NCBI RefSeq assembly: GCF_016433145.1
Contig: NC_058134.1
Location: 5,477,678-5,541,677, forward strand
Direction: 5' to 3'
DNA length: 64,000 bases
Source: Gracilinanus agilis
Taxonomy: Eukaryota
The notes beneath the pieces are model-generated. The model did no database searches. It was not told the DNA's origin and worked only from the letters and a program-made list of their open reading frames with translations. Both the position numbers and the translations under genes were made by a program. Shown piece by piece: positions 23,491-37,004 of this stretch; the first letter of the stretch is position 1; every line of letters starts with the position of its first letter.

Positions 23491-25504
23491 AGGGAAGACC
23501 TTGGGATCATGGGATCAAAGGTTTAGTCTGGAACCCCGAGTTCTAGTTGGGTTCTATGTTGAGAGTTTAAATATGACCCTTAACTTGGGGATTTAGTTTC
23601 CTCAAAAGTGAAAGAGGAGTTGGATGAGAAGATCTGGAAGGTTGCTATGAACCCAAACATTTGAATGACATCAATTCAATTTCTCTCATGTTTTTAAGTG
23701 CCTCCTTTGTGTTAGGCACTTTAAAGATAAAACCAAAGTATTTCCTGCCCTCAAGTATCTACTGTTCTGCTCTCTGTGATTCCTATTTCCACTGTGATTT
23801 TAGAAGCAGCGAATAGGTATCCACGAGCATCCCACTATGAGTATTAGTGAATAAATGGGATCTTTTCTTTTCTTTGGGAGAAAGGGATTCAGCAGCACCC
23901 AGCTCTGCAATGCAAACTGATCTCTCACCACAGATTCTGTAACTAACTCCATAAACCATCTTAGACTTTCCTGCTATCTCCATTTTATGGGGAAGCCTAA
24001 TGGTCCCAAATGAAACTTCTTAGCCTTGTCTACTTCCATTGACAGCTCCCATGCTCATTACCATCATTTTTAAAGACAAGAAATGTTACAACATACCCCT
24101 CTCTACACCCACCAATACAAACACAACAGGCACCAACACATGCTCAAAGCTCCACTCAGATTTTATCTTTTTGAATTAATGGGATGTGTGAGAACTGCCT
24201 GGCCTTTGAAACAGAATCTCAAGAGGAGCTCTGTAGTACAGACTATTACTTAAACAGAGGCTAACAAACCTGAAAATTCAGAATATCTATTCTCTCAGAA
24301 GCTTGCACAGGATTTTGCATATTTGTTAATAGAATTGATAGAAATGAATACAATTTTTATTCTTTTTACTTAAAATTGTTTCTAACATGGAAGAGTTTCA
24401 CTGATTTGAAGCCACTGATTTGTCATATCTAGAGACATACATCATCAGGAATCCAAGTGATTTCTTTTTTTTTAATTTTGTATTTAATGGAATAAAGTAT
24501 GAGAAATCCAAAAGAAGCCTCAGACCACAGAATTTCAATGACCAACCATTCTCATCAGGTTCATTTGTGCTCAGTGATTGTACTCAATATAAAATGATAA
24601 ATTTGGACAAACAGGGGAGTTTGTTTCAGGGAGTGCCATCCCAGCATCTGTGGCAGGGATATTTTTAGTGTCTTCTTTTTGCTGCTCATTAGCAGCCATA
24701 ATGTGTCCAGAAATCCTGCTGCCCTTTTTATGTGATATGAAAATGGAACCAAAGGACTCACTGAATGCAACAGCCTACCCATGGGTTGCTATGGCAAAGC
24801 CTTGTTCAGAGAACCCATTGCCTTCTGGGATATAGCTGGTGAATGAGTATTTGGGGGCATTTCTTCCTTCCTTAGCTTGCCTTCCCCACCTTCCACAATC
24901 AACAAATGATGCCCCCAAATACTGCAAAGCTCTGCAAAGCAAAAATCTTTTTTATTTAAGTAGAAAATTCAATAAGGAAAACCAGGAGGGAGGACTTGTG
25001 CTTCAGCTGACAAATATCAGTGCTCCTTGACTGGGGCAGCATCCCTGTTTAGGTATAGTGTATCTTGCTGCTGATATCTCTTCAGCATTTAAAAGAATAG
25101 AATTATGTTTAAAGAGATGATTGGAAAATATTTCTTTCCTCCTCCGAACTAAAGTGAGGTGCTTTGTTTCTAAGTATCACCCAAAGAGCAATGGGAAGGT
25201 TTGAATAGGCTACAGCCCTTTGCAAGTGAAGAATCACATCAGATTTTGAAGACAAAGAGTTCTGTTGAACATATAGATGATGAAAAAGAGGACTAGTCAC
25301 TCAGGAAGTGAAAGTGAGGGGGAAATGAGAGCAAGTCCAGGGTTCCATTGCTCACCATGAGGTGTCATAAGAACAGAATCAAGGCCTCCCACACATTGGG
25401 TGGCAAACTTAAGGTTGAGGATGGAAAGGTAGAGATTGCCTAGGATATGTTTCATTGGAGAGAACATGAGCATCAAAATGACCCATATCCAACTCAATCC
25501 AATC

Positions 25505-25615
25505 AACATTTATTAAGTACCTACTATGTGCCAGGCACTCTGCTAAGTGCTGGGATACGATTAATAAAAAGAAAGACAGTCCCTGCCCTCAAGGAGCTTA
25601 CAACCAAAAAATAAA
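25505..25615 (-). mobile_element. L2 3' tail
   Basis: 'aacatttattaagtacctactatgtgccaggcactctgctaagtgctgggatac...gtccctgccctcaaggagcttac'. Confidence 0.9.
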
Positions 25616-26479
25616 CAAAAGGAGGCAGGAAATTGAGTGGGGCATATTGTTCTATGGATTTAAAACCAGGTAGAGAAGCAGATCCAAGGCAGAATGAATT
25701 AAGTTCAGTTTCTGTCCTCTATAAAGGGAAGCATTTGGAAGAGCTTGGTACCATACCTTTTAGCCCTCCAATCAGAGGAGAAAGAAGGCTGAAGAAAGTG
25801 GTGTCATTTGAGGCTTGAGTTAGCTACATAATAGTGAGTTTAGAAGTGATAAAACTATCCTTAGAAGAATATCTTGCTCTATGAAGCTGAAACCAGTTAG
25901 AGTAGCAGATGCAAAATGGAGCACACATTATTAAATGAATAATATTGGATGCATTCATAAGGTATTTAGCTCTCTTTGAATTTCCCTCTTGAGGACAAAT
26001 AATTTGAAGATATCTTCAATGAAGCAAAACTAGCTCTCCTGCCATGGAGTTCTGGTCTTTGTTTTAAAGAAATGGTTTCATGGGCAAAAGAGTAAAGATT
26101 CTCTTTCTCAGAATAATCAGAGTGACCTTTGTCACTAGCTCCATTTTGACAATCTTTAGACTCATCATCTTAACCAACAGAATATTCTGAAGTCATCAAA
26201 TATGAATGATTGAACCCAGTGTACACATAGCCCCAGTGTGCATGGAGGCTCTCTGCCAGTGGTTGTCTGAATCCTTTTAGGCTCTCTAGTATTGGAAGTT
26301 TCATGAACTGGAAAATGTAAAGTTGTATTTCTTGGGGGTTGGGAAGGGAAAGGATTCTGTACCACAATAATCAGGATCACTGGTGATATCCTCAGAGCAA
26401 GATGCTTTGTTTTGACGCCTTAACCTTGTCTAAGACCATGGAAGATAGAGGAGAGAGATGATATGCTGCACTAGGGAGA

Positions 26480-26790
26480 TGAAGACATTAAGGATGAGAT
26501 CCCTTCACTTTTTGTTCAGTTTCCTTGGTTTCCTGATGGTCATACTCATTTCCCTTATTTAGTTACTACCAATATTCTCTAAGTGTACCTTATCTTTTTT
26601 CCTGACTCACCACAACCTCCTACTTCTGCCTATCGATTTGCTGAACTGACCATCTTATTTGACCTTCCTTTTCTGATTTACTTTGCCTTGTTGACTGACT
26701 CCTTTCCCTTGACTTTGAGTCCTTCTCTCTAGTTTTCTTCCCTTGAACATCTCTAATTTTCCTTGACACCATTCTCCTTCTCCTTCTACT
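26480..26790 (+). mobile_element. Degenerate L2 ORF2 fragment
   Basis: Pyrimidine-rich L2-like sequence, e.g. 'gactcctttcccttgactttg...ttccttgacaccattctcc'. Confidence 0.5.
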
Positions 26791-26829
26791 TCAGTAGAAT
26801 CTGGTCTTGAACATTGCTCTCCTTCAAAT

Positions 26830-28394
26830 ATTCTTCAGTTTCTTTAAAATTTCTTCTAGCCAAATTCAATCTCTGACCCTCTTCACAAGTTCTCCCCCCC
26901 CCCACTTCCATATTGGTCGTTGTTGTAAGAGTAAATTCATACATAACCAAAACCCCAAAATAAAACCAAAGATACACTGATGGGAAAGATGATTCCAACA
27001 GTTCTTTCACTGGGGGTGGATAACATTCCCTGTGATAAGTCTTTCAGGACTGTCTCAGATCATTGCGTTGCTGAGAGTAACCAAGTTTCCACAGATAATC
27101 ATTGTCCAGTATTACTCTTATTGTATAAAATGTTCTCTTAGTTCTGCTTAGTTTGCTCTTCATTTCATACAGATCTTTTCAGCTTTTTCTGAAATCATGG
27201 TGCTTATCGTTTCTTATAGCATAATAGTATTCCATTACCAATATGTACCACAATTTGTTTGCCCATTCCCCAAATTATGGACTCCTCTCAATTTCCAATT
27301 GTTTGCCACCACACAAAAAAGCAGTTATAAAAATCTTTGTACAAGTAGGTCCTTTCCCATTTTTTATGATCTCTTTGGGATACAGACCCAGTAGTGGCAT
27401 TACAGGATCAAAGGGTATGCCCAGTTTTCTAGCCCTTTTGGGTATAGTTCTAAATTGCCCTCCAAAATGGTTGGATTAGTTCACAACTCCACCAACAATG
27501 TGTTAGCATTCCAATTTTGTCACATCCCCTCCAACATTTACCACTTTCCTTTCCTGCCATATTGGCCAATCTGATAAATGCAAGGTGATTGTTTTAATTT
27601 TCATTTCTCTAACAACAGGGATTTAGAATATTTTTTCATGTGATTATTGATAGCTTTGATTTCTTCACCTGAAAAGTGTTTGTTCATATCCTTTGATTTT
27701 TTGTCAACTGGGGAATGGCATGTATTCTTATAAATTTGACTTAGATTTCTATACATTTGATTCCCTCTCCTTGTCCTGCCCTTTCTTCTTTCACTATTTC
27801 CTTCTACACCAGTGTTTGCTTTTAACCATTCCCCCTAATCCCTACCCTTGTTTTACTTCCTTTCTCCCCTCCCTTCTTATTCCCCTCTTATTTTTCTTTA
27901 GGGTCCTTTTAAATTACTCCTCATACTCTCCATCCCTTGTATGGCTTCCCTCCCCATCAGCCTGTTTGTTACCCTTTTACTTCTCTATAGTACACAAATC
28001 ATTTCTCTGCACCAATGGATCTGATTGTTCTTCCTTCTTTGAGTCAATCTCAATGCATGTAAGAATTAAGTATTACCTATCTCCAACCTCTTTCACCCTT
28101 ACATTGTATTGGTCTTCTCTCCTGCTTCCTCCATGAGCTTCTTTATGAAATATAAATTTACCCCATTTTGTCTCCTTTCCCATTTCTCTTAGTATTATTC
28201 TCTTTTTTATTCCTAGTTATATATATATATATATACACATATATGTTGACATTTCACCCTATACAATTTGTCACTGTTCCCTCTAAGTATCCTTCTTTTA
28301 GCTGCCCCGATGATAATAACAATTTTTAAGAATTACCAATATCATCTTTTCTTATAGGAATGAAAATAATTTGAGCTTATTGGGTCCCTTCAAA

Positions 28395-28450
<56 letters not shown>

Positions 28451-30347
28451 TCTCTTAATTACCTTTTGGTGATTCTCTTGAGTTCTGTGTTTGGGCATCA
28501 CATTTTCTGTTTAAGTTTGGTATTTTATTTATAAATACTTGGAAGTCTTCTATTTTATTAAATGACCATGCTTTCCCCTGCAAGAATATAGTCAGTTTTG
28601 CTGGATAGTTGATTCTTGGTTGTAGACCTAGTTCCCTTGCTTGCAGAATATCATATTCCATGCCTTCCTGTCCTTCAGGGTAGATGCAATAAGATCCTGT
28701 GTTATACTAACTGTGGTTCCATGGTATCTGAATGACTTCTTCTTAGCAGCTTGTAATATTTTTTCCTTGGTCTGGTAGTTCTTGAATTTGGCTATAACAT
28801 TCCTGGGTGTTGTCAATTGGGAATTAAATGTAGGAGGTGATCTGTGCATTCTTTCAATCTCTACTTTTCCCTCTTGTCAAGAAAGTTGGGGCAGTTTTCT
28901 TGGATAATTTCTTGTAGAATGATATCCAAGATTGTCCTTTTGTCATGATCTTCCAATGATTCTTAAATTGTCTCTCCTGGACCTATTTTCAAGAATTGTA
29001 GTTTTGTCAATGAGGTATTTCATATTTTCTCAATTTTTTCATTCTTTTGATTTTTTAAATAGATTCTTGCTGCCTTGTGAAGTAATTTGCTTCTAGTTGT
29101 TGGATTCTAATTTTTAAAGACTGAATTCCATCCCTGGATTTTTGGTCATCCTCCTTCTGGTCTTATTTTCTTTGTAGGTCATTTTTCACCTTCTTTGCCT
29201 CATTTTTTCAAACTGTTCAATTCTGGCTTTCAAGACACTATTTTCTGTTTCCAGATGACTTATTTTGTTTTTTAAGTTCTTTTTCCAATTGTCCTCAGCC
29301 TCTCTTAATTGTTTTTGAATTGTATTTTGAGTTCTTCCAAAGCCTGTGTCCAATTCACTGGAATTTCTGTGTTTTTGCTTGATGTTCCTTGGTCCTCTTC
29401 TGTTCCATTTGCTCTTTGTTCATTATCTGGATAGAAGTTGTCAATTGTAATTTATTTTTTCTTTTTCTGTTGTTTAGTCATATTTTTTCCTTCTTTTCCC
29501 CCTGTAATTAGCTGTAATCTTGCTGCTCTGATTATTTTCTGGATCTGTGGATTTGGGCTATTCTGTCCTGAAGGGGCTTCTTCTATGCTCTGCTGATTGA
29601 ATAGGTTAGACTGTTGGTATTAATGAGCTCTGAAGTCAGATCTTCCCCAGCTGGCAGCAGAAGCTGAAATTATATATGAAGGTATAGAAGCTAGTGGGAG
29701 CTGGGCTTCCTACCCTTTTATCAGGGTATTCTCTAGTGACTGCAGCCTTCCCCTTTGAGCTTAGTCAGAAAGGCTCTCAGGGGAGTCAGTGGGGGAAGGG
29801 TGTTGGAAATTGAGTTTCCCTGCCTTCTGAAGGCTTCTTATCTGCCCCCTTGATAAGGTTAAGTCATTTGATATTTCGAGCTGGATATGCTTTGAGGCCA
29901 AGACCTCAAGAAAGGAGGGGGGGAGCAAGATGGAGTGTTTTGGCTGCGACTAGACTGCCCTCTCTGCACTTCTCCTCCAAGTTCCTCCCTGCCACCTGTG
30001 TTCAATGCCCTGAGCCTGGCACAGCTGTGCCAGCAAGGTACTCCCTCCATACTAGAGCCTTTGCCCACCCAGAGATTCCAGTTACCACTGGAGACTCAGC
30101 ACTATAGGTGGGGGAGGGGTCCTGGGACCTTCCTTCTTCCTTTCTCTTGAACCCAAGAGTTCAAGAATTCAGGCTTTTTTGGCATACCTTTTAAGCTGAA
30201 TCCAGCAGAAGGATCCCTCAGCTCTGTCCTGTTATTAGATTAGGTTTTCTGTCCCCTTGAAGCATTTTGTTTTTGATTGGTGTGGAAAGGTTTTCAGAGG
30301 TCTGGACTTTTGTGTTGTCTAAGCCCCCATCTTGACTCTACCCCCTC
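26830..30347 (-). mobile_element. L1 with 5' UTR, ORF1 and inter-ORF intact in order but most of ORF2 deleted
   Basis: 5' terminus antisense 'ccatcttgactctaccccctc' (~30347). ORF1 remnants 28628-28849 (TPRNVIAKF...KEKILQAAKKK...QDL) and 28455-28661 (LGLQPRINYPAKL). Inter-ORF joins directly to the ORF2 C-terminus near 27755-27760. 3' UTR extends to ~26830. Confidence 0.9.
28400..28447. repeat. Pure poly(T) run, 48 bp
   Basis: Read directly; lies just 3' of the ORF1 stop on the L1 sense strand. Confidence 0.97.
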
Positions 30348-30479
30348 GCTTTACAAGTTTAAAGCCTTCAAATCACCTCCACAACTTCCTTCTTTTTTAT
30401 TCAGCTCATATACTCCCTTTCTTCTTCTCCTTCTGTAACTTCTTCTGAGGAAAGCCAGAAATTATTTATCAGGAAAATA

Positions 30480-31730
30480 ATATATAAAAAGGAATGTCAC
30501 ATAAGGAAGAAATGGTCAGGCTTATTTAGAGAGAATTTCAAATGCCAGAAAAAGGAGTTTGAATTAGGTGGGCAACAGAGAGCCTTTGAAGGAACTGGGA
30601 AAGAGAAATGATATGACCAGATCTAGGCCAAAGATAGTAGCTTGATGGTATTTTAAGGAATGGATTCTAAGAGAATGTAGAAGGTGGTAAGGTGGTGATG
30701 GTGAACGTTTTAGAAACTGAGTGCCCAAACTGAAACCCTCACTCCTCATGTGAGTTGCTCCCTTATCTCAGACAGGGGAGGGAGTAAGTGCTACCATTGG
30801 GCTACTGAGCAGAGGAGCAAGGAATGAGAGAAATGTTCTCAGGCTTGTGGAGAGGAGGCCAGGACTAACCTCCTCTGTCAAGCTCATGCATGCCTGCCAT
30901 AGGTTCACCAGCATGGTTGTAAGGCCTTTGTAAGAATATAGGCAGGGATAGCTAGGTTACTTAGTGGATAGAGAGCAAGACCTAGAAAAAAGAGATTCTG
31001 GATCCAAATATAGCCTCAGACACACTTCCTAGCTGTGTGACCCTGGAAAAGTCACTTGACCCCCCATTTTTACCTAGTCCATAGCACTCTTCTGCCTCAG
31101 AACCAATATTTAGTACTGATTCTAAGATGGAAGGTAAGTTTTTTTCCCCAGAGTCTAGGCAAATGGCAGAGGGATTATATTGGAAAAAATTATAAATGAG
31201 AAGAGATGGATGAGAAGAAGATTATGGAGAAAATTCTGATAACTGATTGAACATGACATTCAGGAGAGAGAGAAGGAAGAGTACAAGGTAACCCCAAGGA
31301 TGTCAAAGTTGGAAACAGAGCAGGTCAAATTCTTGAGGTGATCAGACTAACATCCTGAGAGTGAATGCCCCTTGATGCTTCCAGGCTGGGCAACCGAGGG
31401 AATTTCAGTCTTGAAAGAAAGGAAGGAAGAAAACAGTTATCTTGATCTATGAATGGTGGATGGATTGGAGTGGGGAAAGAATTGAGGCAAGCAGATCCAT
31501 CAGCAGCTACTCCAGTGATCCAGGCATGTGGTGATGAATGCCTGCACCAGTGTGGGACAGTCTTAGAGGACAGAAGGTAGCACATTCGACAGACTTTGCA
31601 AAGGTAATATCAACAGACCTTGGCAACAGCTGGGAGATGAGGGCTGAGAGGGACTCAGGAGTTCAGGATGGCTCTGAGGTAGGGAGCCCCAGGGACTAGG
31701 AGGAAGGTGATGCCCTCCCAGAGATAGGAT
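30480..31730 (-). mobile_element. Fragmented L2 (antisense, purine-rich), interrupted by a SINE
   Basis: Typical antisense L2 strings 'gagaatttcaaatgccagaaaaaggagtttg', 'ggcaacagctgggagatgaggg...gagttcaggatggctctgagg'. Confidence 0.6.
30945..31140 (+). mobile_element. Opossum CORE-SINE
   Basis: 'ggcagggatagctagg...agtggatagagagc...ctagctgtgtgaccctggaaaagtcacttgacccccatt...gattctaagatggaaggtaag'. Confidence 0.85.
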
Positions 31731-32594
31731 AAATTACTTTAAACTTTTAAACTGAGCTCATTGCTCAACTGTTAATCAGGAGATGGAAGCATTCTATGGG
31801 CTTTCAATTCTAGAAGTGCAATTTAGCAAATTGGTCTCTCCTAATGAACCTCCCAGAGTGCTCACAGTTCCTTCACAAAGAAGTGGGAGAGGGGGGAGAG
31901 AAAAAGGAGTGGAGGAGCCAGTTGCTCAGGAGAGAAAGAGCGGATGCCTCATCTCAGAAAAGGGTGTTCAGGGAGAAACAAAACAAAACAGAATAAAACT
32001 GGAGCCTGACGGAGTTGGACAAAGCAGCATACATTTTCTTTTTCTAATTTTGGCCACCCCGGCTGTAAATAGAACAGTTAGTTCTCTTTTTCTCAGAATG
32101 GCAAATAAATGGGAATAGAGACAATTTTTTAAAAAAAGCCTAATATTGATTTCACTGAACAGTCTAATCCAACGTTCTTCTGCTCTCTCTCTCTCTTTGG
32201 TAACTGCTTATATAATGCAAAGGAAAAAAATCTCTGGGGCTGCCTTAAAGCAAGATCACCTGAGTGCTGTGATGCCTCTCCTGAGTCTTGACAACCTAAT
32301 TAAATGGCATCAGAAGTAAGAATAAAAGGATTGATGGGTCTCTTGTGCTAATGTGCACTGTTGACTTTTTTCAATATAGAATTTCTCAAAATGGTGAATG
32401 TGATTTATTTTCATTTGTAAATCTTCTAATAAGAAGCCAGATGCCAGTGATTTCAGTTAAGAGGAAACTCGACAGTGAACCCATCAATAGCATCCAAGGA
32501 TGCAGGATTTCTGGTTCTGGTTTGTTTTCATGTTCCCCTAAATCATACAGCATGTACATGGAAGATACTGCTCTATAGAATGCTCTGGTCTTTT

Positions 32595-32830
32595 ATTAAC
32601 AAGTATTTATTAAGCACCTACCACGTGCTAGCACTGTGCTAAGTGCTTTACAAATATTGCATTAAATCTTCCCAATAATCCTAAGAGGTAAGGGCTATTA
32701 GTTCCCTCATTTTATAGTTGAGGAGACTGGGATTAAGCTACTTGCCCAAGGTTCTATAGCTAGTAATGTCTGAGGCCAGATATGAACCCAGGTCTTCCTG
32801 TCTCCAGACCCAGGCTCCTTCCTGCTCTGC
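32595..32830 (-). mobile_element. MIR with L2-type tail
   Basis: 'tatttattaagcacctaccacgtgctagcactgtgctaag...cattttatagttgaggagactg...gaacccaggtcttcctg'. Confidence 0.85.
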
Positions 32831-34269
32831 CACCTTGATATCTATCCTCTTTTGAAGTTGTCTTCTGGAACCATATCATCCTTTGGATGATGTTGAAAGC
32901 TTTGCCAATGGGGAAGAAACTCTGGCTGTTCCTCCCCAGGGCATCCAACAAACAATGCGCATCTACTATGTTCAAGGCACCATGCTAAGCCCTGGAAAGC
33001 TCAAATGACTTTGACCAGGGTCTTTGCAATAAATGAAATATGTATGTCCAAGCCAGTTGGTTCTAGAGGGTGATCACCAGTTGAGGTGCCAAGGACTAAC
33101 CATTTTCAGACTGTTTGCTAAGGCATAGAAGGTTTAGAGATCTGCACCAGTGGAGGGACACCTGAACTCATGGACCCTTGAAGGACTATAGGAAGTTGTT
33201 GAATTTGGTATATTAGATTTTTAGGAACATTTTTCCTTCAAAATATGGGCAACATCCTAAGGACTTGGTATTAGTACTTTTGATTTACACTGAAACCTCC
33301 AGTGAAGTACAGGCTCCTCTGCCTAGGCAGGATGGTTGTAGAGAGGGCAGAACCCTTCAGTGTTAGGGTCTGTGCAGGTGGGAAATTTGCCATACCTGAG
33401 CTACATTCCCAGCATCCTTTTACGTTATGTCCTCATTTGACGTACAGAGGCTTGGGAGATAAATTTGGCTGAGACCCATGCTGCAGGGCTTCTTTGTTTT
33501 TATGGAGATTGTGCCTTTTGGTAAAGTGCTGCAGGTGTGGCTCTCTGGCTCTCTGTGCTCTGCTCACTTGGCTAAAAGAATTTTTTCTATTTCTTATTTT
33601 ATTTATTTTTAAATACTATATAATAAATTCTTTCCCCCCACAAGTCCATCTGAATCTTGCCCTTTGGGTGAATTCTGGGCAGATTTCAGGGAAGGAGACA
33701 TTATGGAATCATAAATTGAGCCCTGAAAGGAACCTCAGAGTTGAGTCAGCCAATAGGCATTTATTTTAGGCCATCTAGTCGAAGTCTCAATTTTATAAAG
33801 GAGTTAACTTGTTTCTGGTCACACAGGCAGTCAGTGAGAGAGGTGAGATTTGAACCTTGGTCCTTTGAAATTCAGCAATCTTTCTATTTTTCTGTGCTGA
33901 GAAAAGTATGCTTGCCTGCTGTCAACTGACGTACTGAGCCCCCTTGGAATTTCTGCATGAGCTCTGGCCCTGAGGTGGGGAAATATTTACTTCTCACCTT
34001 ATGCTAAGAGACATGAGAGTGAGAAAAGACAAGTCATAAACTCTAAGCTTGAAAATAATGTAAGAAAAGAAATAGGGGAGAGCAAGGAATCCAGGAGTGG
34101 ATGGATGTGATTGAGGTTTAAATCACGGTTAAATATTCAAGCCCAAAGTTCTCTCTTGTGCTTATGCTATTTGCTTCATTACAAAGTCAAGCTCACCTCC
34201 AGGCAGATGTGAGGGAAACAATTTGAGAAGTCAGGGAATAAACTGTACTCATCTGTGTGTGCCTCTAGG

Positions 34270-34520
34270 AGGTGAGGTGAATAGGGGTAAGGAAGGTTCC
34301 TCTTCCTGAGTTCAAATCCAGGTTCAAACACTTACTAGCTTTATGACCTAGGGCAAGTCACTTAGCTCTGTCTCAACTTCCCTCCTCTGTAAAATGAGCT
34401 GGAGAGGGAAATGGCCAACCACTCCAGTAGCTTTGCTCCAAACAAACAGCAACAACAAAAATCCAAAACCAAAACAAATAAACCATTGGAGTCATGAAGA
34501 GTCAGGCATGATCTAGAAAC
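34270..34520 (+). mobile_element. Mar1-like SINE
   Basis: 'gagttcaaatcc...tgacctagggcaagtcactta...ctgtaaaatgagctggagagggaaatggccaaccactccagta...ggagtcatgaagagtcaggcatga'. Confidence 0.9.
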
Positions 34521-35085
34521 AATTTTGTGTGTGTAGGAGCCAGAGCCAGTCTGTGTAATGAAACTCAAGGGTTTCTGAGAAGGAAAGATGTTAGTGGCAT
34601 CTGCATCGTGCAGATGAGGCTGTGGAGTTCTAAAGCATCAACGAGTAAAAAGGATGGCTGTGTTGTGTGACTCAATAGCATTTATTAGACATCTGCTGTG
34701 TGCTAGGCAAGAAAAAACCATCATCTGAATAAACTTATCATTAAGCTGCCTGGCATTCTCCTTCTGTCCAGTGGTAGCTGTCCAATTCCTGACATGATCT
34801 TGGCCAACCTGTCATGGTGGTATCTTGGAGATCTTTGATGTCACCTTCATTTCCAGTTGTGTCCTCACACTCTCACCCCTCCTGGCCCCATCCCCGTAAG
34901 AAAGACTCCAAAAGCAAAGAGGGGAACTATGACATACATTTTCACCAAGAGTCTAAGTCATGCCAAGCTTTCTGGAGCCTGAGACCCTGCTTCTGCCCAG
35001 GGAGGAGACAGGCTCATTCTCCCTCTCTTCTTTGTAGCCTCCATTGATTATTTAATCAGCAAGTGTGATTGATGCACTCTTTGGT

Positions 35086-35090
35086 TGTGT

Positions 35091-35132
<42 letters not shown>
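35086..35132. repeat. (GT)n microsatellite
   Basis: Read directly from the sequence. Confidence 0.98.
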
Positions 35133-35137
<5 letters not shown>

Positions 35138-35329
35138 CTTCCTCCTTATTATTGTTGTCCTCCTGGAGGCTTTGTTTTCCTGATCACTCCTCAGGTAATG
35201 CCCATGTAGGGGGCTTTAGATGAAGTGATGAGATATGCCTTGCTATGGAAATGTGTGCTTACTACAAATAATTCATTCACTAAATAATAATTGCTGATGT
35301 TGTATATTGCCTTACAACATGTATACACA

Positions 35330-35700
35330 CACAGCTATTATCCCCTTAATGCCTACTATGCGCCAAGCACTGTGATAAGTACTTCATAAATATGATCTCA
35401 TTTGATCCTCACACCATTCTGGGAAGTAGGTGCTAGTATTAAACCCATTTTGCAGATGACGAATCTGAGACAGTGAAATGACTTGCCCAAGGTCATGCAA
35501 GTGTCTGATGCTGGATTTGAACTCATCATCTTGACTCCAAGAAGAGCCCTCTACCCGTTGTAGCATCTAACATTTGATCCTCACTGGGAAGTAGGTGCTA
35601 GTATTATGCCCATTTTACAAATGAGGAAACTGAGGTTGTGAGAGTTTGAATTGCCAACAATCACAAAACCAGTAAGTGTCTGAGGCATGAGTGGAAACCA
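35330..35700 (-). mobile_element. Two adjacent MIR copies
   Basis: 'catttgatcctcac...gggaagtaggtgctagtatt...cccatttt.ca.atga' occurs twice (~35400 and ~35572). Confidence 0.8.
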
Positions 35701-36539
35701 TGATTCTCTCCACTATAACACAGTTACTCTAAAAGCTCCAGAATTTAATTCCCAAAGAATCCAAAGATTTTCAAAAAAGGATGCTGTCTATATGGTGATT
35801 ATTTTGTTAAAGCATCTGAGGATCATTCAAGCCATGAGCTGATTGTAAAATCTTGAGGGGAGAAGGGGGCAGGAGGTGTCCATTCTCCAGGAGCCTGGCA
35901 CCATGTTAGTATGCATAGAAGATCTCAAAATTGCAAGGGAAGCATTTCAAGTTCATCAAAATCCTGAGAGGAAACCCTAGAAAAGGGACCATTTCTTGTA
36001 CATGCAGCAAGAACATCTGACAAGATTTAATTGGCATCAGCGCCTTGAGAAACAAATGGATGAGCAGAACAGTGAATGGATTAGATGGCAATTAGCTAAG
36101 GATGAGGACGGGCTCTGAAAACTGCAACGACCGGCTATTATTGCCACATCAGGAACCTGTTTAGTTCTGGCCAAGCTCCTCAGGTATTAGGAGTAATTAA
36201 ACGTGTATTAGACACAGAAGCCAATTAGCATTGATTCACAGGTTGGTCACCAGAAAGAAATGAGACTGAGCATTTCCTTAAAGAAGAGCAAGTTGGAATA
36301 AAGAAACTTTTTTCTCCTTTTTAGAGGGAGAATTCATAGTAAAATGATGTCTTCATTGTTCTCCTGGCAGATGGACATTTCATCAGGGACTCCTCTGGTA
36401 AGTGAGTCATTAAACACTGCTTGAGCATCTCTGTGCCAAGCCCTGGGGATACAGAAAGAGACAAAAGACAGGCCCTGCCCTCCAGGAGCTCACCCCACAG
36501 AGGTGAGTTCTCAAGGGTATGTAGCCAAGCAAAGCTTGA

Positions 36540-36870
36540 CACCACACCAGTGTAGGCTGCCATTTGCAGAACTGCACCATGGTAGGGGCTCAGAGGCTAC
36601 AATGGCAGTTCCGAACAATCTAACGCTTCTTGGAATATTGGATGGTCAACTTCTCTGAGTCATTTTTCCACAGGCAAGGTACAGAAATCTCCTGAAATCT
36701 GGTATTGGTCTAGGGAGCTCTCCAATGAGGAAACTCCTTTACTGGTGCATGTGAGCCCCTGATCAACAACTAACTAACTTTCATGGCTACCTAGAATACT
36801 GAGAGATGGAAGTGACTGGCCTAGGGTCACACAGTCATTGTTAGAAGAGAGATTCAAACCCAGCTCTTCT
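36540..36870 (-). mobile_element. CORE-SINE with LINE tail (Mar3/MIR3-like)
   Basis: 'gagctctccaatgaggaaactcc...actgagagatggaagtgactggcctagggtcacacag...gattcaaacccagctcttctgactc'. Confidence 0.6.
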
Positions 36871-37004
36871 GACTCTAAGGCTAGCTTTTTAATGATTCCA
36901 TCCTACTAGCTCTTTAAGTGAAGAAAATGCTCTTAAAATGATGACTCAGGAATAACAAAATTAACACTGTTTTTTAAAAATGCCTCTTTTCTTTTTAAAT
37001 TTAA

